A stretch of DNA of 64,000 nt from the human T2T-CHM13v2.0 reference genome, Homo sapiens. This document shows positions 61,901 through 64,000 of the stretch, piece after piece (positions within the stretch are counted from its first letter, which is position 1; every line of letters begins with the position of its first letter). A model generated the notes under the pieces. The model had not been told where the DNA came from. It saw nothing but the letters and a program-made list of their open reading frames with translations, and did not search any database. The position numbers and the translations under genes are program-made. The stretch lies in NCBI RefSeq assembly GCF_009914755.1, contig NC_060933.1. One strand, 5' to 3'.

Positions 61901-64000
61901 TGCAATGGAATGGAGAGGAATGGAATGGAATGGAATGGAAACTACCCGAATGGAATGGAATGTAATGGAGTGTAAGGGAATTGAATAGAATCAATCCGAA
62001 TGTAATGGAATGGAATGGAACGGAATGGAATGGAATGGAATGGAATGCAATGGAATGGAATGAAATGGAATGGAATCAACCCGAGTGCAATCGAATGGAA
62101 TCGAATGGAATGCAATGCAATGGAATGGATTCAACTTGAATGGAATGGAAAGAATGGAATCAACACGAGTGAAAGGGCATGGATTGGAATGCAATGGAAT
62201 GGAATCAACCCGAGTACAGGGGAATGGAATGGAATGGAATGCAATGGAATGGAATCATCCGTAATGGAATGGAAAGGAATGGAATGGAATGGAATGGAAT
62301 GGAATGGAATTGGATGGAATTGAATCAACTCGATTGCAATCGAATGGAATGGAATGGAATTAACCCGAATAGAATGGAATGGAATGGAATGGAACGGAAC
62401 GGAACGGAATGGAATGGAATGGAATGGAATGGAATGGAACGGAAAGGAAGGGAATGGAATGGAATAGAATGGAATAGAATGGAATCAACGCGAGTGCAGG
62501 GGAATGGAATGGAATGGAATGCAATGGAATGGAATCTTCCGGAATGGAATGGAATGGAATGGAATGGAATGGAATGGAATGGAATGAAATACAATGGATT
62601 CAACTCGATTGCAATGGAATGGAATAGAATGGAATGGAATGGAATGGAATAGAATGGAATTAACCCGAATAGAATGGAATGGAATGGAATGGAATGGAAT
62701 TAACCCGAATAGAATGGAATGGAATGGAATTGAACGGAATGGAATGGAATGGAATGGAATGGAATGGAATGGAATGGAATGGAATGGAATGGAATCAACA
62801 CGACTGCACGGGAATGCAATGGAATGGAATGGAATGGAATGGAATGGAATGGAATCATCCGGAACGGAATGGAATGGAATGGAATGGAATCAACTCGATT
62901 GCAATGGAATGGAATGGAATGGAATGGAATCGAATGGAATGGAATGGAATTAACCGGAATAGAATGGAATGGAATGGAAAGGAACGGAATGGAATGGAAT
63001 GGAATGGAATGGAATGGAATGGAATCAATTCGAGTGCTGGGGAATGGAATGGAATGGAATGCAATGGAATGGAATCATCCGGAATGGAATGGAATGGAAT
63101 GCAATCAACCTGATGCAATGGAATGGAGTGGAATGGAATGGAATGGAATGGAAACATTCCGAATGGAATGGAATGGAATGGAGTGTAAGGGAATTGAATA
63201 GAATCAATCCGAATGTAATGGAATGGAATGGAATGAAATGGAATGGAATGGAATGGAATGGAATCAACCCGAGTGCAATGGAATGGATTCGAATGGAATG
63301 GAATGGAGTGGAATGGAATGGATTCAACAAGAATGGTATGGAAAGGAATGGAATCAACCCGAGTGTAATGGCATGGAATGGAACGGAATGGAATGGGATG
63401 CAATGGAATGGTACGGAATAGAATGGAATGGAATGAAATGGAATAGAATGGAATGGAATGGAATGGAATGGAATGGAATGGAATGGAATGAACCCGTGTG
63501 CAATGGAATGGAATGGAATGGAATGGAATGGATTCAACTCGAATGGAATCCCCTCGATTGCAATGGAATGGAATGGAATTAAAAGGAATAGAATGGAATC
63601 AACCCGAGTGGAATGGAATGGAAAGGACTGGAATGGAGTGGAATGGAATGGAATGGAATTAACCTGAATAGAATGAAATGGAACGGAATGGAATGGAATG
63701 TAATGGAATGGAATGGAATGGAATCAACCTGAGTGCAGGGGAATGGAATGGAATGGAATGCAATGGAATGAAATCATCCGGAATGGAATGGAATGGAATG
63801 GAATGGAATGGAATGGAATGGAATGGAGTGGAATCAACGCGAGTGCAAGGGAATGGAATGGAATGGAATGCAATGGAATGGAATCTTCCGGAATGGAATG
63901 GAATGGAATGGAATAAACCCGAGTGCATTGGAATGGAGTGGAATGGAATGGAATGGAATGGAACAACCCGAATGGAATGGAATGTAATGGAGAGTAAGGG

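Larger units (their letters stand above)
1..64000 (+). repeat. Satellite III (HSat3-type) tandem array, (GGAAT)n/(ATTCC)n with interspersed CAACCCGA(G/A)T-family spacers; pericentromeric/heterochromatic-type DNA
   Basis: GGAAT pentamers dominate from base 1 to 64000 in a single orientation. The interspersed CAACCCGAGT decamer (reverse complement ACTCGGGTTG) is the classical diagnostic of human satellite 3. GGAGT is only sporadic. The array runs off both window ends. Confidence 0.97.

Noticed and set aside
107-63987. Hundreds of ORFs on both strands (up to 602 aa) as protein-coding genes
   Set aside because: Pure (GGAAT)n has no stop codon in any of six frames and supplies ATG every 5 bp. The ORFs overlap in all frames, encode only MEWNG/FHSIP repeats and end at random variant pentamers. 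There is no domain, codon or splice structure.
1-64000. CRISPR-like array (recurrent ~30-bp GTAAGGGAGTTGAATAGAATCAATCCG motif with intervening sequence)
   Set aside because: The intervening DNA is GGAAT satellite rather than unique spacers, spacing is hundreds to thousands of bp and irregular, and there are no cas genes or leader.
1-64000. Satellite II (HSat2), alpha satellite or telomeric repeat
   Set aside because: It lacks the dense CATCATCGAATGGAATCG-type HSat2 unit, 171-bp alphoid monomers and TTAGGG. The CAACCCGAGT spacers indicate HSat3.
1-64000. Assignment to a specific chromosome or HSat3 subfamily (e.g. DYZ1 or 9q12)
   Set aside because: No homogeneous 3.6-kb or other fixed period is visible, and assignment needs a subfamily-specific k-mer or genome search that I cannot run.
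1-64000. Embedded transposon (Alu, L1, ERV) or large inversion
   Set aside because: I saw no non-satellite island, poly-A tail with target-site duplication or (ATTCC)n-oriented block. The longest A-run is about 7 nt near 53900.
1-64000. Canonical G-quadruplex or EWS-FLI1 (GGAA)n enhancer microsatellites
   Set aside because: G-runs of three or more are isolated, and the repeat is pentameric GGAAT rather than tetrameric GGAA. Non-B folding of (TGGAA)n and TEAD-type TGGAATG motifs are generic known properties of this satellite, not specific to this window.
1-64000. A previously undescribed gene-based biological system
   Set aside because: Nothing in the sequence supports one. All structure is explicable as satellite DNA, its variant motifs and its recombination/repair history.

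Overview
The whole 64 kb window is one uninterrupted array of classical human/hominid-type Satellite III (HSat3). It consists of tandem (GGAAT)n pentamers, G/A-rich strand on +, punctuated by CpG-containing spacer motifs (CAACCCGAGT, CAACTCGATT, TAACCCGAAT, CAACGCGAGT, CATCC, CTTCC and others). I see no protein-coding gene, RNA gene, transposon, CRISPR array or large inversion. All listed ORFs are poly-(MEWNG) or poly-(FHSIP) translations of a repeat that has no stop codon in any frame. I find no evidence of a new gene-based system; the interesting content is internal structure. (i) About 29 perfect three-unit heat-shock elements (GGAAT-CTTCC-GGAAT) are unevenly distributed along the array. 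(ii) A complex templated-insertion scar at 7022-7062 creates a perfect 13-bp inverted repeat. (iii) The spacer motifs follow an ordered grammar with ~175 bp, ~0.8 kb and ~1.5 kb cycles and two module-type domains. (iv) Duplications of different ages are nested, including a near-identical ~2.5 kb repeat at a 3012-bp offset and a 275-bp tandem duplication. Counts and coordinates were read by eye and should be checked computationally. Chromosome and subfamily cannot be assigned without a search.
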